Shown here piece by piece: positions 50,186 through 62,422 of a DNA stretch of 64,000 bases. The notes under the pieces are model-generated. The model saw nothing but the letters and a program-made list of their open reading frames with translations, did not search any database and was not told the origin of the DNA. This DNA is from Torpedo marmorata (lineage: Eukaryota): assembly GCA_977017645.1 (NCBI GenBank), contig OZ360238.1:72168001-72232000 (forward strand), read 5' to 3'. Both the position numbers and the translations under genes were made by a program. Position 1 is the first letter of the stretch. Every line of letters begins with the position of its first letter.

Positions 50186-51236
50186 TGACAAATAAAGAAA
50201 TGTAAACAAACTGACAGTGCATTACAGAGAGAGAGAAAAAAATCAATAAAGTGCAAATGTAAGAGTCTTTAAATAAGTCCCTGATTGAGTTTGTTGTTGA
50301 GGAGTCTGATGGTGGAGGTGTAGCAGCTGTTCCTGAACCTGGTGGTGCAAGTCTATACCTCTTTCCTGATGGTAGCCACGAGAACAGAAAGTGTCGTGGG
50401 AGATGTGGATCCTTGATGATTGCTGTTGCTCTCTGACGGCAGTGTTCCCCATAGATGTTCTCGATGGTGGGGAGGGTTTTACCCATGATGTCCTGGGCTG
50501 TGTCTGCTACCTTTTGCAGAGTTTACGCTCAGGGGTATTGGTGTCCCCATACCAGACCGTGATGCAGCCGGTCAGCACACTTTCCACCACTCATCTGTAG
50601 AAATTTGCCAGGGTTTCCGATGTCATACAAAACTTCCGCAAACTCCTGAGGAAGTAGAGGTGCTGACGTGCTTTCTTCACTCTGCCATTTGTGTGTTGGG
50701 TCTAGGAAAGATCCTTCGAGATAGTGACTCCCAAGAACTTAAATTTGCTCACCCTCTCCACTTCTGATCCCCCAATGATCACTGGATCATACACCTCGGG
50801 TTTTCCATTCCTGAAGTCATCAATCAGCTCCTTGGTTTTGGTGACATTGAGTGTGAGGTTGTTGTTGGTGCACCATTTGGCCAGATTTCCAATATCCCTC
50901 CTGTATGCTGACTCATCACCCCTTTTTATGCAACCCACTACCATGGTATCGTCAGCGAATTTGTAGATGTTTTCGTACCGAGCCACACAGTCATAGGTGT
51001 ATAGCGAGTAGAGCAGGGGGCTAAGAACGCAGCCCTGTGGTGCTCTGGTACTGATGGAGATTGTGGAGGAGATGTTCTTACCAATCCTCACTGATTGTGG
51101 TCTGGTTGTGGGGAAATCAAGGAACAAGTGCGGTGTGGAATCCCAGGTCTTGGAGTTTGCTGATCCATTTGGAGGGGTTGATGGTGTTAAATGCTGAACT
51201 GTAGTCGATAAAGAGCTTCCTGATGTATGCATCTTG
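50186..51236 (-). mobile_element. Rex1/Babar-like LINE fragment (RT to 3' UTR, lacking terminal tail)
   Basis: LFIDYSSAFNTI, APQGCVLSPLLYSLYTYDC, KFADD, KTKELIDDFR, LPSGKRYR. Confidence 0.9.
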
Positions 51237-52703
51237 TGCATAACACAACCACTTCAAAAAACGAAGATAGCAGGCATATGGAAACATGCAAGTTCCCTTC
51301 CAGGCCACTACACTCATGTAAATAATTCAACTAACACTCTGGTTAACAGTGGTCCTGAAGAAGTTGAAAGCTGTGTGTTCAGTTCTGTAAATCTGTAGAA
51401 AATTAAGTGATTGTAATTAGATTCTCTCTTGTTAGAGATGGCTGTTGCATGCTACTTCCATGGCATGAATAACAATTGACACTTATCAAACCAACTCTGA
51501 TCATTTTTCAAGTCTTGCTGGATGTGGTATGGACTTCTTCATTTTCTGAGAAGTTACAATTAGAACTGAACATTGCGCAAACATCCACATTCCTGACTTT
51601 ATAATGGAGAAAAGATCATTAATGAACCAAGTAAATATGGTGACGACAAGGCCACTGCTTTTAGAACTCCTGCATTAATATCCTGGGACTGAGATGAATG
51701 GCTTCCTTTGTACTGTGTTTGATTCCAGCCCATGTAGTTTTCTTCCTTATATTCACCATTTTTTCTTGAGATCCTTAATTTACTTTTCTATAAATTGCTA
51801 ACTCGATGTGAAGGGTAGTTACTCTTGCATCATCATTGGAATTTAGCTCATCTATCTGTGTTAGGATCAAGATTATAATGGGATCTAGAGCATAAAGAAG
51901 GGCCTGTACTGTGCTGTAATGTTCTATGTTCTAAATGTTCTATAATGAGCCTGGCTTGAACCAAAATCAACTATCAGTGAGTAGGTGCTGATTGGTACCA
52001 GTGTCTATGACACCTTCCATCACTTTGCTGGTGATTGAGAGAAAATTGATGGGCTATAAATAGGTGTAATAGACTTTTTTGTTGACAGAACACACCTGGG
52101 CACTTTTTCACACTGCCATGTAGATGTCAGAGTTGTAATTACTGGAAGAGTGCTAGTCCAGCAGGTATAGGGCAAAAATCTAGTCCTACAGATGGGATGC
52201 GTCACAATGTCTGGCTATTTCTTCATTAGTTGCTGATGTGGTTCAGATCCTAATAAAGTTCCACCTAACAAACAATATTCTTAGCTTACCCTCCCTTGGT
52301 TTTTAACTGATGTTTCTCACAACTGTTCTCCTTGCCTCTGAAACCTGTCAAAGTAACTTTCACCTATTTATCTTACTAAATTTGTTGATTTTTTGGTCAA
52401 ATTTACACATGACCTGTTTTGCTGAGTTGAAAACATCACTTTGGATTTCTTACCATCCTGTGTACATTCAGAATTATTGGTTAACTGGATCACTTCCACC
52501 ATGCTTGTAATTGTTGGTTTTAAAACTTGCCTGAATTTCTGTGTGGAATGAATGAATTGGCATGGGGTACAGAATTTATTTCAAGACAGCAACGCTTCTT
52601 TCGGACTGATACATGTATATACCGTATATTTCGGCGTATAAGTCGACCGGCGGATAAGTCGACCCCCCTTTTTCAGCCTCATTTTAATGGTTTTATGGTA
52701 TAT

Positions 52704-53135
52704 CCGGCGTATAAGTCGACCCCAAAAATCTCGATGCCTGAGATGTTGCGCATTGACCGGCGTATAAGTCGACCCTAAAAAACGCGATGCCTGAGATGTT
52801 GCGCATTGACCGGCGTATAAGTCGACCCTAAAAAAACGCGATGATTGAGCTGCTAGGCGTTGACCGGCGTATAGGTCGACCCCTAAAAAAACGCGATGAT
52901 TGAGCTGCTGGCCGTTGAATGACGTATAGATCGACCCACACCGCTCGAGATCATTGAGCTGCTGGGCGTTGACTGGCGTATAGATCGACCCATAACGATC
53001 GCGATCATTGAGCTGCTGGGCGGTGACCGGCGTATAGGTCGACCCATAACGATCGCGATCATTGAGCTGCTGGGCGGTGACCGGCGTATAGGTCGACCCA
53101 TAACGATCGCGATCATTGAGCTGCTGGGCGTTGGC
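52704..53135 (+). repeat. Left subterminal array, ~8 units of 53-54 bp containing the TIR core
   Basis: ccggcgtata(a/g)gtcgacc variants at 52704, 52757, 52810, 52864, ~52918, 52973, 53027, 53081. Confidence 0.9.
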
Positions 53136-53152
53136 TGGAGGTGATTGTTATC

Positions 53153-54490
53153 ATGGAGGCTCCATTGAAGGCTCAATTGAAACGACGAAAGTATGAGGCG
53201 AGTTTTAAATTGAAAGTAATAGAAATGGCAAAGAAAACCAACAACTGTGCTGCTGCAAGAAAATTTGGTATATATGAGAAGTTGGTAAGAGATTGGAGGA
53301 AGAAAGAAGAGACTTTAAGAAAAATACCAAAAAGGCAATGTTCCATGAGAAGAGGAATCACTCGTTGGCCAGAGTTGGAAAATCATGTAGCAGCATGGGT
53401 ACGTGAACAGAGGCAAGATTGCTACATAGTCACCCGAAATAAAATAAGGACATTTGCACTGAACTGGGCAAAGTCGCACCCAGAACTCAGCAATGATTTT
53501 GAAGCTTCAGTAGGCTGGTGCAACCGTTTTATGAACAGGAAAAATCTGGTATTACGACAAAAAACTAAAATTGCTCAGAAACTACCAAAAGATCTTGATC
53601 ATAAAGTTGTAAGTTTTCACCAGTTTATTTTACGTAACTGGCAGAAACACAAGTTTGCATTGGCAAATATTGGAAACATGGACGAAACCCCCATGAATTT
53701 TGACATGATAGGCAATAGAACAGTGGAATGGAAAGGTGTGAAAACTGTGCAAACGAGGAGTACAGGACATGAAAGGACCAGGTTTACCGTGGTGTTATCG
53801 TGCATGGCCGACGGGACAAAGTTAAGACCCATGGTAATCTTCAAACGCAAATTTAAACCTAAAATAAAATTCCCTGCAGGTATTTTTGTACATTTTCATG
53901 AAAAAGGATGGATGGATGAAAATGGTGTAAAACTATGGATAGACAATGTGTGGAACAGGCGGCCAGGCGGTTTACGCAAGGAACGGAGTTTGCTGGTCTG
54001 GGATATGTTTCGTAGCCACTTAACTGAGAAGACTAAAAGTACATTAGCACAACATAATACTCACATGGCGGTTATCCCGGGTGGTTTGACGTCTATATTG
54101 CAACCTCTCGATGTCTGCTTGAACAAGCCATTCAAAGACCACGTGCGTGAAGAGTGGAATACATGGATGTCGAGTGCAGAAAAATCATTTACAAAAGGCG
54201 GGGCAATGCGTGCTGCATCGCTTGATGTGCTGTGTGACTTCGTGCTCAAGGCATGGGACAAAGTGAAAGTAGAGACTGTAATAAAATCGTTTAAAAAGTG
54301 CGGTATCTCTTGTGCAATTGATGGTACGGAAGATGATTTATTGTGGGACACTGACGACGAAGCTGAAGCCGCCTCATCAGATACAGACTGGGACCCGTAC
54401 GATGACTGTTTAAACAGTGAGACCCCGGATGTGCTTGCCGAGATCTTTGCCTCAGACGATGATAGCGAAAGTGATTTTGAAGGGTTCTAA
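53153..54490 (+). CDS. pogo-type DDD transposase, 445 aa (Brinker-like DBD, CENP-B/Tc5 HTH, DDE_1, acidic tail)
   Basis: Uninterrupted ORF from atcATGg; KRRKYEASFKLKVI, FEASVGWCNRF; triad NMDET / VWDMF / QPLDV with 35 residues between D2 and D3. Confidence 0.93.
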   Translation: MEAPLKAQLKRRKYEASFKLKVIEMAKKTNNCAAARKFGIYEKLVRDWRKKEETLRKIPKRQCSMRRGITRWPELENHVAAWVREQRQDCYIVTRNKIRTFALNWAKSHPELSNDFEASVGWCNRFMNRKNLVLRQKTKIAQKLPKDLDHKVVSFHQFILRNWQKHKFALANIGNMDETPMNFDMIGNRTVEWKGVKTVQTRSTGHERTRFTVVLSCMADGTKLRPMVIFKRKFKPKIKFPAGIFVHFHEKGWMDENGVKLWIDNVWNRRPGGLRKERSLLVWDMFRSHLTEKTKSTLAQHNTHMAVIPGGLTSILQPLDVCLNKPFKDHVREEWNTWMSSAEKSFTKGGAMRAASLDVLCDFVLKAWDKVKVETVIKSFKKCGISCAIDGTEDDLLWDTDDEAEAASSDTDWDPYDDCLNSETPDVLAEIFASDDDSESDFEGF

Positions 54491-54552
54491 ATGTCTTGTT
54501 GTTTTCAATTAAAATGTCAATGAAAATTTGTTGCAGTCGGGTTTTTTTTTGG

Positions 54553-54675
54553 TTTTTCAGGGGTCGACTTATACGCCGAATCGTGTTTTCAGGGGTCGAC
54601 TTATACGCCGAATCGTGTTTTCAGGGGTCGACTTATACGTGGAATCGTGTTTTCAGGGGTCGACTTATACGCCGG
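54553..54675 (-). repeat. Right subterminal array, 4 units of 32 bp
   Basis: ttttcaggggtcgacttatacgccgaatcgtg repeated. Confidence 0.9.
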
Positions 54676-54872
54676 ATCGGCGTGAACTCGATTTTGAGCT
54701 GAATTTAAGGTCTCAAAAGTATATCCGGCGTATAAGTCGACCCCCATTTTTTGAGACATTTTTGAGGGTTTCAAGGGTCGACTTATACGCCGAAATATAC
54801 GGTATATATATATATATATATATATAAAAATATGTGATACACATTCCTTTCAAGACAGCAACACTTGCAACA

Positions 54873-55033
54873 NNNNNNNNNNNNNNNNNNNNNNNNNNNN
54901 NNNNNNNNNNNNNNNNNNNNNNNNNNNNNNNNNNNNNNNNNNNNNNNNNNNNNNNNNNNNNNNNNNNNNNNNNNNNNNNNNNNNNNNNNNNNNNNNNNNN
55001 NNNNNNNNNNNNNNNNNNNNNNNNNNNNNNNNN
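54873..55033. other. Assembly gap or masked run (161 N)
   Basis: Run of N; flanks ...caaca and atgtatgtatg suggest a simple repeat. Confidence 0.98.
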
Positions 55034-55404
55034 ATGTATGTATGTATGCCCATAAACAAGCTTATTGGCTGATGAAAGTGTTCTTGCAGCAAATAATCGT
55101 GGGGAGACTGTTTCAAATACTATTTAAAGAGAATCTCAGTTGAACTCAGGTGATGCTGTAAAATGTTTTTTAAACATTTTTGTTGTATACTTTTTGTAGT
55201 AGTTGTCATCATAACTCCAGGTTTTAAACTTTTATTCTAGTTATTTTGTTGTGTGATTTCGTGAAGCAAAGGTAGAGGAGGACGAAGAAAACTGATGCAT
55301 TTTCTGTCTCCATATACCTTCTGCGATTTTGACGAGAAAAAAATCTACCGGGGATTTGCAGTAAATCTCACTTTCCTGCCTCTTAGTTGATGAACTGTTT
55401 AGAT

Positions 55405-55571
55405 CAGTGGTTCTCAAACTTTCTTTTTCCACTCACATACCACCTTAAGTACCGGTAATCCCTTACTAACCACAGAGTACCTATGGCATCCTATGCCCTA
55501 GGCGCTCTGTGGTTAATAAGAGGTTACTTTAGGTGGTCTGTGAGTGGGAAAAAAAAGGCTGAGAACCACTA
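55405..55571. mobile_element. hAT-Charlie-type palindromic MITE (167 bp)
   Basis: cagtggttctca ... tgagaaccacta termini; whole element folds back; 8-bp TSD gtttagat at 55397-55404 and 55572-55579. Confidence 0.9.
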
Positions 55572-58500
55572 GTTTAGATGAAGCCCATTTCTCACTTTTA
55601 GATGGTCTCAACCTTCATGCTGACTCAAAAGAATGAGGGTGATCCAGATATTGGGCTGACTCCTCGGCAGACCTTCCAAAATTGACCTTGCTGTGACCTT
55701 CCAATGGTCATCCAAACACAAGTTCAAGATCCATGAGGAGACAAGTATTTCAAAGTCTCTGGTAGTGGATCATGGCCTTTTCCCTCTTCCACTGTTAGAG
55801 AAATGTAACTGTACCAAAAAATACTTAAATTAGTCGTATTATGGAATGAAAAGTTCATAACTCAAAGTTACACTTTCTAATAAGAAGTAGTTTAATAAGC
55901 TTGGAGTGGGTTTGATGATTGGGTCCAGGATTAGTAGGAAAATAGGTAAGAAGACGGAAACATATGCAGCTTTCTTTGCTTTTGCTAGAACCTCACACCA
56001 CTTGTTCATTTTGTTTGTGTTCATTTGGGGAAATTGACCCATGATTCAAAACTGATCAAAAACACGCTATTTTTGAAGTATTATTTACCAGAAAATCTTT
56101 TTCTTTTTATTACACTCACCACTGGATGGAGAAGGTGAGCAGAGGCACATGAACCTAAACCTCAAGCAGGATTTCCTTATCCTTTTAACGTGGACTGATT
56201 TCAGCATTCCCTTGTCATTGACATTATTGCTTTAATTCTCAACTTGGAAATAGATCTTGCTCTTGGATGATAGGTTCCTGAATCAATTACTGGACACACA
56301 AGGTGTAGGAAATAGCACATGTAAGATCCTGCCAGGCAAAGCATTTTGGTTCATCAGTGGTGATGATTTTTGTCTGTTGAAGTGAGGAGATATTTGATCA
56401 ATAAACCTACCCAATCCATGCAGGCAGGGAACTATTACCGTTGAGTACTGATGATAAATTATTCTGAAGGAATATTGAATGCACATTTCAAAACAGGCTT
56501 TCTTTTCTGGGAAGAGATATCATTAGTCAAATGTGCTTGACTTGTTTAAAGAGTTAAAAGAGATGTTAAATGGAAATAAAGAATATATTTTAAAGGAAAA
56601 CCAATCTGCTCTGATTGAAAGCAACCTAATCAAACTATAAGTATAAATATTCAATTGAAACTGTTGGCTTCAAGGAAACATATTTTTCTGTCAAATTAAA
56701 TAATCAAATGAGCTAGGTTTGACATCATGAAGCCAGGAAGTGATACCTCCTCACCACAGCACATCTTGGTGTCAATATTATTGGGCTTGTCTTTGTCAGA
56801 GCCAAGGCCATTAAACTAGAAACATTTTATGTCTATACATCACATTGAAATTTAGCAGACTGACAGAAATTATTTTCCGACACTTAAAATTAATGATCTT
56901 AAATAATTCTATATTCCTGTGTTGAACAAAATCTGAAGTATGAAAGGAAAAGTGAAGGACAATGGTCAAAGAACTAAATTAGCCAGCTGTGACACAAACT
57001 ACAATAGATTATTGTTTATTCTTTCTTAGATACATATATTATCTGTAATGATTTTTATACCACAAAACAATCCTTTCAGTCACCACATAGAAACACTGAC
57101 AAAATGTGCTGGAAATCTGACCATAATATTTCAGAATCCTTGTTTTATTTATTTATGATCAGTTATGTAGCTTCTTCCTTTCCATGTCAGCAAAAGTAGA
57201 ATAGCTGGCAGGACAAATCAATGAATTGCCTATTGGAACGGCGTTATGTGCATCATTTGACTTGGGGATAATTAGAATGCATTTTTCATATGCTGAGCTT
57301 CCCAAACAAAGACAAACACTTGGAAAAAAACTTTATCTACAATGACCTTTACAGATTTAAATTTAGAATCAAAATATATTTTTTTGCAGAAGGAACATTT
57401 GAAAACTCATCTGAAATGGATTTTTTTGTAATTTGTCAATACCAGTTTCTGTGATCAATGGCTTCAAACCAAGTTGTTTAAAATCAGAATTAAAATGATG
57501 TCACCCAAGCGTATAGTATTAAAAATGAATTTGGATTATCTTTCTGGCAGCTCAGGTGCTTGTGTGTTGTGTGAGAGGCATGTTCATTAATTTTCAGCAG
57601 TGAAAAGTGCACTGTAGCATAAATATACCATCCAAGGCATGTTGTTGATAAATAATTGTACAGCTTGTTAATGTACCAGAGTATGGTACTGCCTCTGCTG
57701 AAAGTAGAAAACAAAGAAGATTTAATCGTCTTGCTACATAAAATATGAATAAATGTTTACATTCCTGGGTTCAGCCATAGCACTTAACTAACCATAGTGC
57801 TAGCAATGATTGTGATTTCTAAATCTACAAAATTGTCTTTTTCGGGACTGCAGAACACCTGCCTTAAAATGTCGCTCAGACTATCTCCCGAATGTCGTTT
57901 TGGTTAATTGACTTGGAAATGGCCCAAACGTATTTCTGAATGCAGTCTAATTAATATTAATAATAAATGCCATTATTAACATCAAAGAACATCTGGTGCT
58001 CCTGTTTACTCTGAAGCTTTATATGTAACATACTTTACATGCATTTCATCTTCCAAATATTGGACATTAAACTGTTTTGCTATACGGGTCAGAAAAAAAT
58101 CCTGCCACAGTGTAGAGTGTACTGCTCTGTTTAAAAAAAAAATCAAATGTTTTCTTTGGGATACATTGGTTGCTGTGATACCACTGAGGGCTAAAGATCC
58201 CTTGTGTAAACCATTTGAAAAGTGCAGCTACCAGCATCTGTACATGGGTTACATTAGAGTTCCACAGAATAAATCAACTGCTGAAGAGCATGATTCTGAG
58301 ATTTTGTTGAATAATATTCATCCATAAGTAAGGTGATGCAACATGTCAGTTTTCACGGGTAATAGATATTCGGTTAAAATGTTTTATAAGTTATAAATAC
58401 TTTCTACCAATTTACAGAATGCAAGCCTCAGCAGTGTAACTAAACCTCAAATTGATTAACTTGCATGAACCAGGCGCTCACAAAGATGGCTTCATTCCAA

Positions 58501-59484
58501 AAGCAAGAGAACAGCACATCAGCCGGATGGTGTTATGTTGCTCTAGAGTAAGGGAATAAAACCCCTCAGGGTGCATTTCTAAGAGCTTACTCATTTGGAA
58601 TGATGTCATCATTTTTAACATTTTTTTGCATTTTCCCATATTCTATGTGTGCACAAAAGCTTGAACATGTTACCAGTGGTTGGCAGATCATGTGCAAACA
58701 TCAGAATAATGGAATGCTTTTTAAATCACAGCATTAAAACCACAAAACTATCCAGCAGCAACACATGATTGCAGGGCGCCACTGGAAAAGAGCTGCTGCT
58801 CTTTAGCAATTAATACAAAAAGGGTGTGGCTGATTGAAGGTTTCATTGTTTCCTTCCTGCATATAGTTTCAAAAAGCATTGAGAGGAGCACATGCTTTTG
58901 CCAAAAGTAAGATCCATTATAACTGTCTGTGGTCTTAGCATAATTAAAATTGTCCTTCACTGAATGCGTTTTGTTTAAACTTCATATTTTTTAACTGAAA
59001 ATTTTTTTTGGCGAGAAACTACAGATCCCCAAGTGGTACTGCAGTGATATCTCAGACAAGCAAGTCAACTATTGTTTATCTTGTTTCCCAGATGGCTTGT
59101 TTAACTTGATGAAATTTGAGTTTCCTCTTTTTAAATTTCAAGTTTTTTTTTCCTGAAATGCACGTCTCCCCAGTTTGTTCTCTAGAAAGTTGCTAAAAAA
59201 TCCAATTCTACATGACTTTATCCAAAAGACCCTGATTATAGTCCCTGCAAGAAACATTAATTTTGAAAATATATTTAAATAGATTTCTATTAATGTAATA
59301 ATGTACTGTAATTTATTCGTATGTTATAAAACCCCAGCTATAACTACTGCATTGATATCATTTATTTAAAAATAGAGGCTGTAGATTGAACAAAATACAA
59401 TCATTGTTCACGTTTATTTAACAATGTTTACAGCTGATGGAGCCTGCACACAATGATTCCAACTATCTAAAGGAAGAGTTTGTT

Positions 59485-59990
59485 TAGAAGCAGAAACTGC
59501 GGGAAATATTGTACAGGACATGCAACGTCTATAGAGGGTGAAACAGAATTCACATTTTAGGCCATTTCAGAACTGGAAAAAGTTGGAAATAAGAATAACA
59601 AAGTTTTAAACTGTAGGGAAAGGAAGGAGATTCAGAGAGAGGAAGGGATGGAATGTGACAATCTGGAGATGACGAGATTAACTGGAAAGAGGATGATAAA
59701 AGTAAGTGAATAACGAATGGCATTTCTGACATTGGTGTCAACTAGAAGTAAATACAAATCTTAAATTACTAGAGGAGGATTGGGGAGGAAATATGAGACA
59801 CAAAGATGGAATGTTTGATGCTTAAATTTATTGTTGACTAGAGAAGGTTTTAACATGGAAGATCTGCTGTTTCATTACGCTTTATTTGAACAGTGTTAGA
59901 GGTCAGGGTAGAATGGGATGGAGAATAAAATTCATAGGTAACTGAAAGTTGGTGGCCCTCCTTCTGGATTGAACACTTGATGTGTTTGCT
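59485..59990 (-). mobile_element. Old Penelope remnant
   Basis: agaaactgcgggaaata...catttcagaactgg and a purine-rich tract resemble the reverse pLTR; heavily degraded. Confidence 0.45.
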
Positions 59991-60835
59991 ATGTTGTACA
60001 CACAGCATAGGTTCCTAATCAAAAGATTGAGTTGCTGAGATTTCTAAGATGGTCATCATTGATTGCATCCAGTTTGGCTGGGAGATATGTGTGATATTGT
60101 GGGATCTTGGGATTCATGTCTTAATTCATAATTGGATGTGAGGTTTTCTGGTTTGAGTTTTCCACCACTTTAATGTCCACTCCTAAAATGTCCTTGAGTA
60201 AATGATATTCACTTATTAATGGCAGTTTTTACTCCAGCTACAATGAAGAAATAGCATTGTATGTCCAAGTCAGGATGTTGTGTAGAGCTGGTAGTGTTAC
60301 TCTTTTCATGCATCTCTTGCTCTTCAAAGTGATAGAGTTCATAGGTTTGGGAGGTGATTTCAAGGAAGCTGCAACAAGTTGCTGCTGTGAACTTTGCAGC
60401 TGGTACAAACAAGGGACTTAATATTCAGTGGTCAGGTTAAAGGGTGGTTCAAGTAGTTTGAGCCAAGTGGTCAGCTGTGTCCCAGCAGGTGTTGGTCTTC
60501 TCGAGTGTTGTTAGAGCTTCTCACATTTGTGGAAGTTGAGGAAATTCACCCAGACTCCTGAAACGTGCCTTGCAGATGTGGAAAGACTTGATAGAATTTT
60601 AAAAAAAGATGAGAAATTCACTGAAAATATCTGGCCTCTGACCTGCTCTTGTAGCCTTAGTCATTATGTGTCTGGCCCATTTAAGTTTCTGGTCCATAGT
60701 GAGTTTGGGATGTTGAAGGTGGAAGATTGAATGAGAGTGATGCCATTTCCTGTCAAGATGAAGTGATTAGAATCTTTTATTAGAGATGGTCAATGCTTGG
60801 CAATTATTTGATACAATTGTTATTTTGACTGATTA

Positions 60836-61452
60836 CACTGGATAATGAAGATTTTGCTTCCTGAACACTTTTGGGTGTATTTTATGGATTTTGGGCTGTT
60901 AATCACAAAAATCAGCTTAGAATTTTCCTATCACATACCTTTTCTTTTTAGATATAACCTATTTTTCTGACTTCCTGTCATATTTTAAGCCTACTTCAAG
61001 CATACAAAACCATGAAGTGCAACGTGTCATTGAAAATTCATTTTCTGCATTCGCACTTGGACTTCTTCCCTGCTGATCTTGGTGCAGTCAGTGACGAACA
61101 TGGTGAAAAGTTTCACCAGGACATTGCGACATGGAAAAGCGGTATCAGGGCAACTGGAATCTATCAATGCTGGCTAACTACTGTTGGACACTGACACGAG
61201 AGGCATCAGATGCTGAGTACAAACGAAAATCAGCGGCAAAACATTTTTAGGTTAGTTGAACAAACGCAATGTGTCAGCATCATTATGCGATTAAACATGC
61301 TAAATTCAATAAAGTTAATGTGATGTTTCTCCAACTTCCTATGTGATACAGCAAATCTGAAATTATCTTTGTGTTCATCTTGAAGTTGTCTATCATAATC
61401 TCCAATTTTTTTCTCAGGAAGCAAACCTTTTGAAAAAATCTGTTGTCCAGTG
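60836..61452 (+). mobile_element. Internally deleted Chapaev3-like (CMC) DNA transposon
   Basis: Termini cactgga...tccagtg with shared subterminal tttgcttcctga; flanks tta / ata (imperfect 3-bp TSD); peptide SLKIHFLHSHLDFFPADLGAVSDEHGEKFHQDI. Confidence 0.72.
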
Positions 61453-62058
61453 ATATCAATTCTGGGCATTATCCAGGGAGATGATTCAGCTGAGAACATT
61501 GGCCTGAGCAACTTCAACAGCAACATCCTGGAGCTGGGATGATCAGTGCCCAACAATCGCAACCATTTGGCTTTGTGCTGGATATGACTCAAGCCAGTGG
61601 ACAGCTGTTACTCTGATGTTTATTGATTTCAATGTAACTTTATTTGGTCAGGATTTGTTAAAGTATTGCTTTGACAATAAGGGAAGTACTCTCATTCTCA
61701 TCTCTGGGATTGACCACTTTGGTTTATGTTTGTGTCAAACCTTTAATGGGGTCTGCAGCCAGACAATCGTCGCAGAACCCAAATTGAGTGTGGGTGAACA
61801 GGTCATTGTTGAGAAAATGGTGGCAATTCCCATGATGAATGATGGATCATAGACTGCTGAGGCAGTAATTCATCAGACTGGATTTGGATTGGATCCTACT
61901 TTTAGTGAACGTGTTAAATTTGGGAAAATTCACATTTGTTAGGCGAGCATCTGCATTGTAGCTACATTAGAGCATCTTGTCTATAGGTACAAATTGTTGT
62001 GGATCCCTGAGACTTTGTTCTTAACTGGAGGTGACAGAAGAGCAAAACATTGACCATA

Positions 62059-62422
62059 CAGTAGAAGTCCGAAAATCCGGACTGCTCGGGGATTGGGTCA
62101 GTCCGGATTTTCGGATTTTCCGGTTTCTCAGGCAGTAATTTTAAAATTCAAATTTAAGGAGGAATAAAGAAGAGATGAACAGGTGAATTTTGATAGTTTA
62201 TTCATTAGCAAATACAGTATGATTCATTTATCAAAATGAGCAGTTTTAAAGAAAAATAAAGTCAACAAGCGTGGTCGCTTGTTGCCGCTGTGCATCTGTG
62301 GCGCTTACGCATGCACGCACACACACAAAAGCCTGCTAAATTTTAAAAGTTTGAGAGTTTTTGAAAAGTCCGTTTGTTGGGTAATCCGGATTTCTGCCAT
62401 CCAGACTTTTGGACTTCTACTG
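62059..62422. mobile_element. Tc1/mariner (Tigger/pogo-like) MITE, 364 bp
   Basis: 23-bp imperfect TIRs starting cagtagaagtcc; TA at 62057-62058 and 62423-62424. Confidence 0.88.

Larger units (their letters stand above)
49225..52200 (-). mobile_element. Ancient degraded LINE hosting the Penelope/Rex1 block (pieces 49225-49440 and ~51330-52200)
   Basis: Weak similarity to the remnant at 60150-62660; ttagaactcctgc and RT-like context near 51660. Confidence 0.4.
52622..54802 (+). mobile_element. Complete pogo-superfamily DNA transposon (Passer/POGK-like), 2181 bp
   Basis: Perfect 27-bp TIRs ccgtatatttcggcgtataagtcgacc; TA at 52620-52621 and 54803-54804; internal transposase ORF. Confidence 0.95.

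Noticed and set aside
52704-53135. Repeat-spacer pattern resembling a CRISPR array
   Set aside because: The spacers are homologous to each other, the repeat equals the transposon TIR core, and the DNA is vertebrate with no cas genes
53141-54490. Domesticated POGK/POGZ host gene
   Set aside because: Flanked by perfect TIRs and a TA TSD, with no KRAB or zinc-finger fusion; it is a transposon
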